This document shows positions 1-12,900 of a stretch of DNA of 64,000 bases, one piece after another (position 1 is the stretch's first letter; the number at the start of each line of letters is the position of its first letter). The position numbers and the translations under genes were made by a program. Origin of the DNA: Albugo candida (lineage: Eukaryota). Under the pieces are notes generated by a model that saw nothing but the letters and a program-made list of their open reading frames with translations, searched no databases and was not told the origin of the DNA. The stretch is from NCBI GenBank assembly GCA_040437565.1, contig JBDOQK010000034.1, forward strand, positions 310,001 to 374,000. Direction: 5' to 3'.

Positions 1-350
1 TGACTTTTGGCGGTGCAAATAAAACACAAAACGTGGGCAGATCAGACATATACTCACCGCCGTGCTGTCCCAGTCGTGGCCATTATACGACGCAACAAGC
101 AAGTCGAATACCTTCTCGAATCATGGATGTCTCTGGTCTACCTATCATATGTGAAAATTGTGGCATTTCATATTTCTCTTTGCAAAAAGATGTAGATGCT
201 TACAATGCGGTGTCAGACGAGGTTGACAGCAAATCTTACTGTTCAGGAGAATGCAAGTGGAGTGTTATAATGTATGACCAAATCGAAAGGCATTTGCACG
301 CGACATCTGAAACCAGATTCGATCCGACGTCAGTGGTCCTTACGATGTGA
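1..350 (+). CDS. 3' part of a small protein with a treble-clef/FCS-like zinc finger (5' end outside the window)
   Basis: Frame is open from nt 3 to TGA at 348-350. It contains CENC-x25-YCSGEC, resembling FCS/FLZ/TRASH-type CxxC...(F/Y)CSxxC fingers. Confidence 0.55.
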   Translation, partial: TFGGANKTQNVGRSDIYSPPCCPSRGHYTTQQASRIPSRIMDVSGLPIICENCGISYFSLQKDVDAYNAVSDEVDSKSYCSGECKWSVIMYDQIERHLHATSETRFDPTSVVLTM

Positions 351-569
351 TCGACGAGTATCCTTGTTTCTATTGACAAAAGTCAATTTAGTGAAATATG
401 ATATAGGAATCTGTGCATAATTGTATCGCAAAAGGAATGCTGAATATGTCAGGAATGACAGGGTGATTTGAAAAAAGATAATAAGGTTGACGTGATAATC
501 CTTTGCATTTTGATCTTAGCTCTCACAGCTTTCGTGACAACTATGCCAACAATTGAATTCGTGTGAGCG

Positions 570-1627
570 TCAATCTTCATCGTCATCCGCCATTTCATCT
601 TCTTCGATAGACTGCAACGCCCATTTGTTAACTTCATCCCGAAGGGCATTTGGTACTAATTGATGTTGCCAATTTGATTCTTTGCATATCCAGCTCATTT
701 CCAATTCGAAAGGGTGTCGAAGTTCATCGTGTAGTACGTTCAATCTATTGTAGTGCATGAGATAAGGAATCAGTGTATCCGTAGCTAACAGTGCGCAACC
801 AACATTTTAGCGACGTATTTCATTGCTTCACGGCATGGTAAATCGAACAATTTATACTTCTCGATCTCAGTCTTTGCTGCTTGTTCTCCTTTTCCCATTG
901 CACATCCACGGAAACTCTATTCGAGAAATGCAATGAATATCGAGTTGTTTACTACTGATTTGTAACGCGGAAGCAACTTACAAAGGTGACGCCAGATGGT
1001 TCAATCTGATACAATTTATGCTGGTTCTCATCTTGGTCGTACCCAGCAATCATTATTGTTGCTCCAAAAGGCCGTACAGATCCATATAACGTGTAATAAT
1101 GAATATATTGTCCCATGCGGTCTGCCAGAACATGAGGAGGAATTGGACTGCCGTAATTTTTCTTATAATTTAGAGCCTCCTCTCTGGCACGATTGACAAG
1201 CTGGCGTCCATCTGCAACCAATCCTGCCATAGACTAAAAGCGACAAGATATCAGTCATACAGAGACTAGACATCGAGCTCGAATGTATCACTGACAACGC
1301 CAATATGGTGATCAACCGCGAAGATGCGTCTATGTGTTCCAGTGACGAGCATTTTAGAGACAAGCTTCTTCTCTACACCTATAATGACCCCATCCGAGCA
1401 TTTGATTCCAATCGTGGTACTGGAAAATGCTCATAAATTGCATGATCTTGACGATGATTATCTGTTGCTACATACCCGCTATTTTCAACAGCCTTTTTCG
1501 CATATTCCACTTGAAAAATTCTTCCATCAGGAGAGAATGTTCCGGCAGATAGATCGTACTGTTGTGCAATAGCTCAGAGGCTGCCTACAATTTTAAAGCC
1601 ATGACTTACCCCGGCGCCAGAACTCAT
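570..1627 (-). CDS. PSMA3: 20S proteasome subunit alpha type-3 (alpha-7), 6 exons
   Basis: Spliced at GT-AG introns: [52 protein letters not shown]...|[19 protein letters not shown]...[11 protein letters not shown]...|...AAKTEIEK...|[16 protein letters not shown]...acidic tail. First intron 1609-1559 (51 nt). Confidence 0.95.
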
Positions 1628-1854
1628 AAGTGAATATTGAGAAAGTGTTTGTTTTCCCTTCGATGCAGATGTTTGTTAGTTTTCGATTGCATAAGGCACT
1701 AAACGTCTAATGATTCTTTACCTTGGCAAAGATATATTCCCTTTTACCGCACAATTAGGTTGTGGTCATTTATCACATTTTCACAGATATATTGAGCAAC
1801 AATGTAATTACAGACTGCTTAGTGTGGAAAGCTTCGATTTTGCTCAGTGGGAAC

Positions 1855-2674
1855 CTAATTTTCATTTTTTTTATTTTCATTGCGCAGCTCCTCAAAGCGA
1901 ACTTTTATCCGACGCTCTATCTCATCGTCCGATATTTTGGCTGCTTTTGGTAGAATTGAAGGCAATAGCTCGTCGATATCCAATGACTTTGTCTCCTGGG
2001 TCAAATCTGGTTCCTCGGCTTCTTCGTCCCATATTCCATACTTGCTCCGCAAACGTTCTTTTCCTTTCCCAATGCGCCATGTTTCGAATTTCCCCATGCC
2101 GAAATGCATCGTGGCTGCAAGCGCAGCTCCGGCAATAGCTCCTTGAATCCCACGTGGTGTACCACCTAAGAGTCCTTGCTATCATGCAAAGCTCGTTTCC
2201 AAACGGAATAAACTGACCTACTAGTCCGGCATAAAGCCCTCCTGTGCTTGCTCCTGATACAGCAGCCGTCATCAAACTTTTGTATCCTACTTTCTCTACA
2301 ATACATTCTTCTAATGCTGCAGCAAAAAATTGACTTCAGCAACAATAAGTGCAGCAAATTCAGACCATACTTGTATATGTAGCTCCTAAAAGAAAGAAAT
2401 TTGCACCCATGGCAGAGGAATAGAATGCTCTGTTCTCATTTCGTAACGTAGCAAGGGTAGCACCCCAAATTGCACCAAACGTTCCTATCATCATGACTAC
2501 CGTTATTGTCATTGCAGCCACCGTAATTAATATATTTTGTACCAGCATATGCTCCACTTGATAGAATATTTTTGGTTCCGGATACAAAGCGCCCTACGAC
2601 AGTACTCTTCGATTACTCATTGATGGCTTTAGTCATAAATGCTTACTGAATATTTCGTCATTGGATTCAGCCAT
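1855..2674 (-). CDS. Tim17/Tim22/Tim23-family-like Gly/Ala-rich membrane protein, 5 exons
   Basis: Phase-consistent GT-AG splicing gives MAESNDEIF|RRFVSGTKNILSSGAYAG|TFGAIWGATLA...MGANFFLLGATYT|TLEE...AAVSGASTGGLYAGLV|GGTPRGIQGAIAGAALAATMHFG...EN*. There are about four GxxxG-rich hydrophobic segments and a charged tail. The family name is an inference. Confidence 0.7.
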
Positions 2675-3483
2675 GCTGGTAGTTTTGACTGGCTGAAAAT
2701 GCTCTTTTTTTAACGAATCAGAATGCCATATCATCTTTTGAACAAAATCGATTCTGCTCCACTCAACTGGCAAGCTCAATTTTTTCGCACTTCTTCCGCC
2801 TAACTCCAATCCATAATGAAGCTCTTACTCGCTACGCGTCACGTTACAGTGCCAGATGATGTGAAACTAGTTCTGAACGGTCGAAAAGTGACCGTCACCG
2901 GCAAACGTGGCACACTCTGTCGCGATTTTCGCCATTTAACGCTTGATCTTCGTCGCATCAACAAAAAGCAACTTCGTGTCGACTTGTGGTTTGGAAATCG
3001 TAAACAACTTGCATGCGTCCGTACGATTTGCTCTTTGATTGAGAACATGATTACTGGTGTACGACTTGCATTNNNNNNNNNNNNNNNNNNNNNNNNNNNN
3101 NNNNNNNNNNNNNNNNNNNNNNNNNNNNNNNNNNNNNNNNNNNNNNNNNNNNNNNNNNNNNNNNNNNNNNNNATTGTCATTGCAGCCACCGTAATTAATA
3201 TATTTTGTACCAGCATATGCTCCACTTGATAGAATATTTTTGGTTCCGGATACAAAGCGCCCTACGACAGTACTCTTCGATTACTCATTGATGGCTTTAG
3301 TCATAAATGCTTACTGAATATTTCGTCATTGGATTCAGCCATGCTGGTAGTTTTGACTGGCTGAAAATGCTCTTTTTTTAACGAATCAGAATGCCATATC
3401 ATCTTTTGAACAAAATCGATTCTGCTCCACTCAACTGGCAAGCTCAATTTTTTCGCACTTCTTCCGCCTAACTCCAATCCATA

Positions 3484-4059
3484 ATGAAGCTCTTACTCGC
3501 TACGCGTCACGTTACAGTGCCAGATGATGTGAAACTAGTTCTGAACGGTCGAAAAGTGACCGTCACCGGCAAACGTGGCACACTCTGTCGCGATTTTCGC
3601 CATTTAACGCTTGATCTTCGTCGCATCAACAAAAAGCAACTTCGTGTCGACTTGTGGTTTGGAAATCGTAAACAACTTGCATGCGTCCGTACGATTTGCT
3701 CTTTGATTGAGAACATGATTACTGGTGTACGACTTGCATTCAGATACAAAATGCGTTTTGTATACGCCCATTTTCCGATCAATGTGACCTTCGAAAATAA
3801 CACTGTCGAAATCCGAAACTTTTTGGGTGACAAACGTGTTCGTCGTGTAACTTTGTCTCCTGGCGTAACCTATGTTCGCTCCGACAATGTCAAAGATCAG
3901 ATTGAGCTCTCCGGGATCGACCTCCAGAAAGTCTCACAAGATTGTGCACGAATTTCGCAAGCGTGTCTTGTAAAGAAAAGTGATATCCGAAAGTTTTTGG
4001 ATGGTATCTACGTCAGCGATAAAGGACACGTCGAAGAAGAAGCGGAAGATTCAAAATGA
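3484..4059 (+). CDS. RPL9: 60S ribosomal protein L9 (uL6), intronless, 191 aa
   Basis: Motifs VTGKRGTLCRDFRH, FRYKMRFVYAHFPINV, VEIRNFLGDK and DIRKFLDGIYVS. Confidence 0.97.
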   Translation: MKLLLATRHVTVPDDVKLVLNGRKVTVTGKRGTLCRDFRHLTLDLRRINKKQLRVDLWFGNRKQLACVRTICSLIENMITGVRLAFRYKMRFVYAHFPINVTFENNTVEIRNFLGDKRVRRVTLSPGVTYVRSDNVKDQIELSGIDLQKVSQDCARISQACLVKKSDIRKFLDGIYVSDKGHVEEEAEDSK

Positions 4060-4302
4060 GCAACAGCGTAATTGATGACGATACAGTTGGGCAGATAAGA
4101 GGTTTGTTTTGGTATTGTAGGATAATACGATACATATAACATCTTCTTTCTAATACCGTCACTGGGTCGAAATGCAGATTGGCTTTCTTCTGTCCGGGCG
4201 GAAATGTATCTGTTCATTTCTGATTACCGTAATGCGTGAGAGAGTTGCTTTGAGTACAGCTTGACTTCATCTCTTTGTCATCCATTTGGGCAATGCCATG
4301 CT

Positions 4303-6758
4303 CTAAAATAATTCGAATGGATTTTCATTTCTGCTCGGCACTATTGACGGCATCGTGCCAGGTGAATCACTAGAGGATGCAAACATGAGTATATATCCAT
4401 ATTATTATTGCTTCCGTGCGGACCTGAAGGTGGTGCCTGACGACGATTCTAAAATTTCAGCCATTGTCCGGCCCTTTTGTGCTGGCTTTGATGTGAATGT
4501 GTTACTAGTTGTATGTGTATCCGATTTGCTTTCTGATGAAAAGGCAGTAATAAATATCAAGCGTTTCTCAATGACGTTGCCAAGGTATCCCACCTTTCGT
4601 ATCAGAAAAGCCCAAGTTGTCAATACCCAAAGAGGCAAATGGATCCGCTGCTTTCTCGGAGCTGCGACGCTGCACCGGTTCAAACTCACTCAGTATTTCT
4701 CTATCACAAAATGAAGAGCGAAACGCAAACCTGAGAGACTTGAGAGTGCTGTGGCACTTGAAAAACCGGTGCGTGTGGTGGAAGTGCCACAGACCCATGT
4801 AAATAAGGGTGGCCTGGGTTGGTTGGTTGTAATGCTGGAGATGCTTGAAACTGAGCGGAAGGCTGGAACATCTGGAATGGCGAGCAGGGAACCATAGGAT
4901 ATGACTGCGCATTTGCCATCCCACCAGTAAATTGCTGAGGTTGTACTGGTAGAGGATATGGTTGATCACAAAGCACTCGATTTGGGTGCTGCGGGTAACA
5001 CTGTGTTTGTGACTGCCGTGTCGGTGGTGCATCATACACGCTATGTGATTCTGGTAGAGCATTGCTGATTGTGTCAAAGCAAAATAGATTCTGCTCCTTG
5101 CTGTCTAGATTTGTGTTTCTATCGGTCAATTTGTCGTTTCCGGTAAGAACACCATTATGTCTTGTGTTATCCATTATCCCTGGACCACTCAATTCGACTC
5201 CTACTGCTCCTAACGTATCAAATGCTGAAAAAGGATCTGAATGAGCAGTTGCTTCCGCTGCCTTTTGACTAGGGTGCCTCGTGTCGTCTTGGCTCAGAAG
5301 GCTTGAAGCGAAAATGTCCGAAGCGCTGTGACCAGAATCATTGTAGGCTAGCTCGCTTGCGTGTGACTTGGTGCTAGATGGTGCGAACTCTGCAAAAACA
5401 TCAAGCGGGGTATTTTCTTTCGTCATGGCATTTGATGGCTTCGTGTCGAATGCGCCAGAGAAGGGAGCAAACTCGGCATTGACGATTTCGGATTTATTCG
5501 CATTCTGTTCGTGAAAAGATCCGAATTCAGCCATACCGAAATCGCCCCCATTATCGATTGGCACAGGTGTGAAGAAAGCATTTGCCGAGAGGTTCCTCTG
5601 GTCGTTCACTCCGACCATAGTATCTGTACTGATGCGATTGCATGCCGCTGGATCGAGTTCAAACTTGAAAAAGTCTGAAGATGACTGCGTTGAGCTTCCG
5701 ACCAAGACATCTTCACATCTGGACGAGGCCGTAACTGCAAAAGGCATGAATTCTGAGTCTGCTTTATGCGGCATGGATGTAGTCTTGCTCGCATTCGCAT
5801 CAAAAGAAGCAAATTGATCAAATACATCGCCTCCGATATCATTGCTGTTGAGTGCTGGTGCGTCGAATTTTGCAAAGTCAGCAAAATCATCAACTTGTGC
5901 TGCTGTTACTGGTTTCTGATCTTTTTTGTCAATATTGAAGGAAGAGAAATCTCCAAAATCTACACTGGTAGATTCTTGGCGCTGAGTGGATTGTGACTGC
6001 TTTTTCAAGGCATTGCGATCTTTATTGGAACTCTGTGGAAAATAGTAGTTAATCACCCGGCTTGGGCGAACCGAAAATAGCGTCGCAACTTTACCGAAAA
6101 ACATCCAGAGCTACTTCTGGGTGAGTCTTCACGTTCACCAGGTGATACTTCCAGCCATCTTCAAAAGCAATGAGTTCAAGAGATCATATGAATGAGATTT
6201 GAGATAGTGTTCACTCACTTGCGATCTATATACGTCTGACGCAACAAATTACGTAATCGTTCTCCTTCAGTAAGTCCTGGAGCACGATAAGAGACATCGA
6301 ACGTCGCTCTCCAATACTTCCTGGCTGCCTACATTGAGTTCAACGAAGAGCGTTCCTCATCTCTTCTGCTCTATCATACCTCATTACCACCATAGTTGAT
6401 AAGGTTTCGAACTTCGACATCCGTGAATTTGGACATGGATATAGACTTGATGCGATGAGCAAATTCACGACTACAGCGAGGTTGAGTGAAAAGTCAGGAT
6501 TCTTATGACAAATAAAATATCACCCACTGTATGCCGCTGCATGATGTGCATACAAAAGTGTTGAAATCAAGGCAAATATACTGCGGCATCTTTACATATG
6601 TAGTCATTAGCATGAATCCTCTCCGCATCGGCAAGATAAGTACACACCATCTCACAGCAATCAAAACATCGCTTGTTCGCAGCATTGCTTCTTTGGAATT
6701 CACGAAGTTGTTTGACCCGTTGGTCATCTTGTTTTTTCTCATCGATTATTCCTGGCAT
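4303..6758 (-). CDS. ArfGAP of AGFG/HRB type with a long low-complexity Phe-rich tail and C-terminal NPF, ~9 exons
   Basis: Spliced N-terminus has NKRCFDC-x16-CTSCSGIH|REFAHRIKSISMSKFT...GGNE|AARKYW. The long exon is rich in DF/FA/DPF motifs. The last exons join in phase and end ...RNENPFELF* (TAG at 4303-4305). Confidence 0.88.
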
Positions 6759-6925
6759 TTCCAATTTTATCTATCACGTCTTAAGGTCGATACAAAGCCG
6801 AAGATCAAAGCTTTAAGGAAGCGCGTATCGTCACAGGTTTGAGCGAACCTTCGTGCAACCTGTAAGTATCACGACGATTCAGTTCATGTGTCGGTTCAAA
6901 TGGATACAAACTGATACTGTGATCC

Positions 6926-9900
6926 ATGGAAAAGTTCGAAGATGTGGACTTTTTGATACAATGGATCCGAGACAGAATCAATCTGCCATGCTATTGTCCT
7001 TCGGATTGGACATCTGCCAATGCAACTACAGCTAAAGAATTCGTTGAATGCAGTGATATACCAGCTTTGTTTATAGTCAGAGAAATGGATGGTCTGAAAG
7101 TCAGCACTGTGGCCCCACGTTCAATCACGTCAACGATTATGTACTTTGTCAAAGTAGGTGATGTGACAGTATCTCCACAAAATGTGCACCATTCTTTGCA
7201 GTATGGAACCGTACAAACGGATAGTATTGGGTCCTTGCTACAATTGATGACCGGGTGTTATATGGAACGAATCAAAAGAAATACTTCGTGGCCTGAGAGT
7301 ATCCGGAAGGAATTCACGACTCAATTTTACCGTTTCATGAGTAGTTTGACTGAAACAGTAAGCCGAAGTTGCGGCAAAACGATTTTGTACTTGCCACCTT
7401 GGGATATCAATAGTATAAATGTTGAGGACAAAGAATTAATGCAGCAATTAGAGTCCACGGTAATTCATTGGACTAGACAGATCAAAGAGATGATCAACAA
7501 CCAGGATGAGACATTTGACACCGAAGACTCAGGTCCTTTGAAAGAGATTCAGTTTTGGAAATTAAGAACTCAAGACTTATCGGGCATTACAGATCAGTTG
7601 GTGAGGCCCGACATTCAAGCAGTCATTGGAATTTTAAAAGCCACGAGATCATCGTATATAGAGCCCTTCGAAGTACTCGCAAGCATCATCACACATGGAT
7701 CGATCGAAGCAAACGACAATTTGAGATTTTTGGAAAAGATCAGCCCGATTTGTGAAGAACTCGCACGAGCTTCGCCGAGTGAAATACCACCGCTACTTCC
7801 CAAGTTACTGAATATCATTCGTTTGATTTGGCTTCATTCAACGTACTACAACACAGAGGATCGCATCACTTCTCTTTTACGCAAAATCAGTAATGAGATC
7901 ATCGCAGTTTGTTGCAAAAGAATATCATTGCAAGATATATTTAATGGCAATGTTCAAGATAGCATGATTTATCTGGAACAAAGTGTGCAGTGTGGGATAC
8001 TGTGGAAGCGAATGTTCCACGTCACCTCCGCAGCTGTGAAAAAAAATGCAAAAAGTAAAGATCGCTGCTGGAATTTCGATGAAACTGGTATTTTTGCTCA
8101 AACAGATGCATTTGTCCAACGATGTCGTGAACTACTTGAAGTTTGTGAAGGCCAAATGCAGTTTGCAACGCATGCTAAGCATAATACAAGGCAAACAATG
8201 CCGATATTTGGTGGCCACCGTGGACCCGAGATCGTACGAAGTTTATTCGGAATCGAAAAACAATTCGAAAATCACATTCAGAGGCTCCGGATTTTGAAAT
8301 ACGATATTCTTGATGTGAAGATAACTAGCTGGCACAGCGATTTCAATACATTCAAAAATGGCATGAAGGATTTAGAAGCCATGACCCAGAATGTCATCAA
8401 CGGTGCTTTCGAATCGGTATCGACGATAGTTGCAGCCGTCGACTTGGTTTTAGCCTTTCGTAAGATTGCTAGGCGGGAACACATCAAACGATGCCTTGAA
8501 AAAAAAGTCCTTGATATATTTGGCATGTTCAAGACGGTCTTGAACACAGTCCGAACTATGTTTGAAAAACATAAGCAAGCTCCTTTATTGAATCAGGATG
8601 AACCACAATACGCTGGAGCTGCACTGTGGGCGAGAGCTCTACTATTGCGATCTACCGAGGACATTGCTTATTTACGAAAATTGCCAAAGGTTATCAACAG
8701 TATTGAGAAAAAAGAGGCTCAACAACTGTACAACCAATTTCGTCTTGTCATCGTTGAGTACATCCAGCGCAAGCACCACGACTGGATAGAAGAACTAAGT
8801 GAAATGAGTAGCACTAGCTTGTTCTCTCGATTGGAAGTCCCGTTGCTGATCAAGATTGGTTCGTTACCTGAAGCTGGGCAACAGTTGGTAGGAAATAGTA
8901 CAAGAGGGATTCTGACTGCAAGTGGGAAGGATCATATGACTTTGAAGAACACGAAAAATCAGCATGACCGAAAAGGCTTTTTGAACTGCAATTTTGACCG
9001 ATATTTGCTCATTCTATTCACAGAGGTTCATTATTGGCAATTTTTTCAAGGGGGATTACAAATTCCGTATCTGGCTCATGAAATTTGTACACAACGGGAG
9101 CAATTACGGATATTGAGGGAGCACATCATGCTTCTTGTGCGCGATTACAATCGAATTTTGCTTGAATTATCGTCTCGAGAAAGAAGATTATTTGACAGCA
9201 TCATACGCCGTCTAGATCGGCGCATACAACCCGGAATACAGAAGCTGACGTGGCTGTCTAAAGGCATTGTAGAGTCTTATATTGCGGATTGCAGGAAGAA
9301 TTGTGAGCTTACATACCAGGTCGTCCAGGATTTTCAAACAAGTAAAGAGATCGTCTCAAAGAACTGCAAGATGATTACTTCTCTATCACATATCTGCATT
9401 GGGCGCAATACTATATACGATGAAGGAGTTTTCGAGCTCAAACAAACCGCACATCGAAAAGTGATTGAAAGTAAACTAAAGGAAGCTTATGACAGCATCG
9501 TCTTGGCAATAAGGGCAGCATGTCAGCACTTCGGGAGCGGTCCTTTTGAAGTACAACGAGAATGGAATCGGTTTATCGAGAGATGTGATCGGATGATTGA
9601 AGATGCACTACGACAATCTGTGAAAAAGTCACTACAAGAGCTATCGAAAGCCATCAATGGCGATCTGAAAACAGATCCGCGACCCCTATTTCGGATTCAT
9701 GTGGTACTGGAGGATAATAGAGTGGAATTCAAACCTTTGATGGCTTCTCTATCGCAAATGGTGACTAACATCGCTAAAGATGTTTTCACAATTGTATCAA
9801 CCGTACCAACTTTGAGCTCCACCGTGTGCGCCGCTTCAATCGGTCCGAGTTCCATCCAACCTGAAAAAATTCTCGAGTTTGCTGCTGTTTTGGAAACCAA

Positions 9901-12900
9901 GCCGGATGTAGAGGATACAAAGCCTGATCAAGCGTCTGCTCTCGGTGACATGTTGCCAGTTGATAATCAGTCGGATTCAGCAGATCAGCAGCCCAACAAA
10001 GACGAATCGGATGCTATTGGAACGACTTTGGTTGATTCTGAAAGCAATAATATCACGAATGCAAATGCTCAAAATAATCATTATCAAACAATCTTCAAAG
10101 ACGAAGAGATCATGAAAATTCTGACGCACATTGGAAGCGGAATGTCTTTCAGTGCTACAGAATTGCAAAAGTACGTTGGCTATTGGGATAAATACAAACT
10201 TGTTTGGAATCAAGACAAACAGGCTTTTATTCGTCGGTATGCGAAGGCAAATCGTCCATTGCAGCAGTTTCGAGCCGATATTGAACGCTATCGAGAACAG
10301 CAACAAAATATCCAGAATGAAGACTTGACGAATACAATAAACTTCATACAGATCGATACAAACTTACTCAAAGCAAGTCTTGCAGAGCATACTGTACAAT
10401 GGATCGCAAAGCTTACTGGACTACTAAACCAGATTGCTAAAGACGAGCTCTATGAGCTACTGCATATGCTCAAAGAAACTTCTGCAAAGTTGACAATCAA
10501 GCCAGCGAATTTGAATCATCTTGCAGAAAGCATTCGATTGCTGCAAGATGTGAAAGAGAATCTGCCTCATTTAAGCACTCGATTCGAACCGCTCGAGCTC
10601 AAGTATGAGCTTCTTAGCGAGTTTGAGTGCCAAGTAAGTGATGAAGAAATTCGAGATTTGCAGAATCTGAAAGTACAGCGCGAAGCTTATGAAATAATGA
10701 TATCAGAAGCCAACACGATGCTTCAAAAATGCAAACTCGTAATGAAGCAACAATTACAGGATACTCTGATGGAACTTAATACAATTATGTCTGAATTGCG
10801 ATCTGAAGCAGATAGCAGTTTGCCATATAATGCAGAAATTGATTTAATAAGCGCACACAAGACACTAATGGATTTTGAGACCAAACTTAAAGCCACGAAA
10901 GCTCGTCAAGCCGCTATGAAGACAGGGCTTGAGATATTTGGACTCGAGGAAATGAAACACGAAGGTTTTGCACAAGTGGAACGAGATGTTATGAATTTGA
11001 AGCAGATCTGGGCACTTCGAGACGAATGGGAGGAAGTTTGGACGACATGGAAAAGCCGAAGATTTTACGAAGTAGACGTCGACAAAATTGAAACAACAGC
11101 TTCACGATTTGAAAAGGAAATAGTCAGGCTTGGCAAAGAGATGAAACAGTGGACAATCTGGATGTTTATGAGAGCAAAAACTGGGCAATTTCGACAAACG
11201 CTCCCGCTGATACAAGACCTAAAATCACCAGCACTTCGTCCACGGCACTGGATGCAGCTGAAAATTGAAGTCGGTAAATCCTTTGACTATGAAGCGGACG
11301 ATTTTACACTCGAGCAAATATTCCTGCTAGAGTTTCATGCTCACTCTGAGTTTATCGAAACGCTTTCTTCGAATGCCGTTAAGGAGCTGTCGATAGAACA
11401 AGCTCTGGATAACATGGAAAAGCACTGGGGTGTGACAGATATAGATTTGGTGGAATACAAAGGAATGTATTACAAGATAGGCTCCGCGTCTGATCTTTTT
11501 ACGCTTTTGGAAGATGACCAAGTACAGCTGTCGTCCATGAAAGCATCCTCATTTTACACCTCATTTGAGAGTCGTATCTTACATTGGGAGAGTGTTCTCA
11601 CTCAAGTATCGGAAGTCATAGAAACGCTCTTAGCGGTTCAACGCTCATGGATCTATCTCGAATCGATATTTATGGTATCTGAAGACATTCGGAGACAACT
11701 TCCGCTTGAATCAAAAATGTTTGATGACATGAACAGCTTGTATTGTACCGTCACGGAAGGTATTATGAAGAAGAGAAATGCCATCGAGGCAACACAGCCT
11801 AAGCAATTACTCTTGACATTACAGCACATGCAAGTCAGACTGGATGAAATTCAGAAGTCACTGGATCAGTACTTGGAAACGAAGCGCGTCATTTTCCCAC
11901 GTTTCTACTTTTTATCGAACGATGACTTACTGGAGATTCTAGGGCATCAGAAAGATCCTGAACAAGTCCAAAAGCACATTAAGAAATGTTTTGAAGCCAT
12001 CACATCTTTGACACTGATTCCGCCTGGTGGCGTTCGTGGAAACATTTTCTATGAAGCTGTTGGAATGAATTCTCCATGCGGAGAACAAGTGACATTTGCA
12101 TCCAGCGTGGTCATTTCTGGAGCTGTTGAAGGATGGCTACTTCGTATTGAAGCAGCCATGGTTGGGACCTTGGAAAAACTGTTTGCTCAATGCCTTTCTA
12201 GCTATAAAACAAAAAAAGAAAAGTGGCTCCGAGATTCTCCAGGTCAACTCCTTATTACTTGCGGGCAGACAGTCTGGACAAATGAGTGTATCAAAGCATT
12301 GAACGAAGTTTCCAAGGGCGAAAAAAAAGCATTAAAAGCTTTGAGGAAGAAGTGGGGTTTATACTTGAATAAACTTGCCGATATTGGTCGGAGTACTTTG
12401 TCGCCGGTAGAACGCAAAAAGATTGTAGCTTTGATCACAACCGAGATCCACTCAAGAGATGTAATAGAGCGTTTGGTCAAACAAAACTGCAAAAGCATGA
12501 CTGACTTTGACTGGCTCATGCAGCTTCGTTACTACTTCAACAAGGAACTTGGTGAGTCAGGAGTCTGCGAAGTCAAGCAGACTGTCAGCTCATTGCAGTA
12601 TTCGTATGAGTACCAAGGAAACAACGGAAGACTTGTTCTTACTCCCCTGACGGACCGGTGCATTTTAACAATGACAACAGCACTTCATCTCAATCGAGGA
12701 GGAAATCCATTAGGACCCGCCGGAACAGGAAAAACAGAAACTGTGAAAGATCTGGGCAAGAATCTTGCCAAGTTTGTGATTGTCTTCAATTGTAGTGATG
12801 GTCTCGATTACAAATCCGTTGGTAGGATGTTTTCTGGTTTGCTACAATCAGGAGGATGGGGCTGCTTCGATGAGTTTAATAGGATTGAAATTGAAGTCTT

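Noticed and set aside
2505..3740. Apparent tandem duplication of RPL9 and of the 5' end of the Tim17-like gene
   Set aside because: 2505-3072 and 3173-3740 are the same 568 bp on either side of a 100-N gap. This is an unmerged contig overlap.
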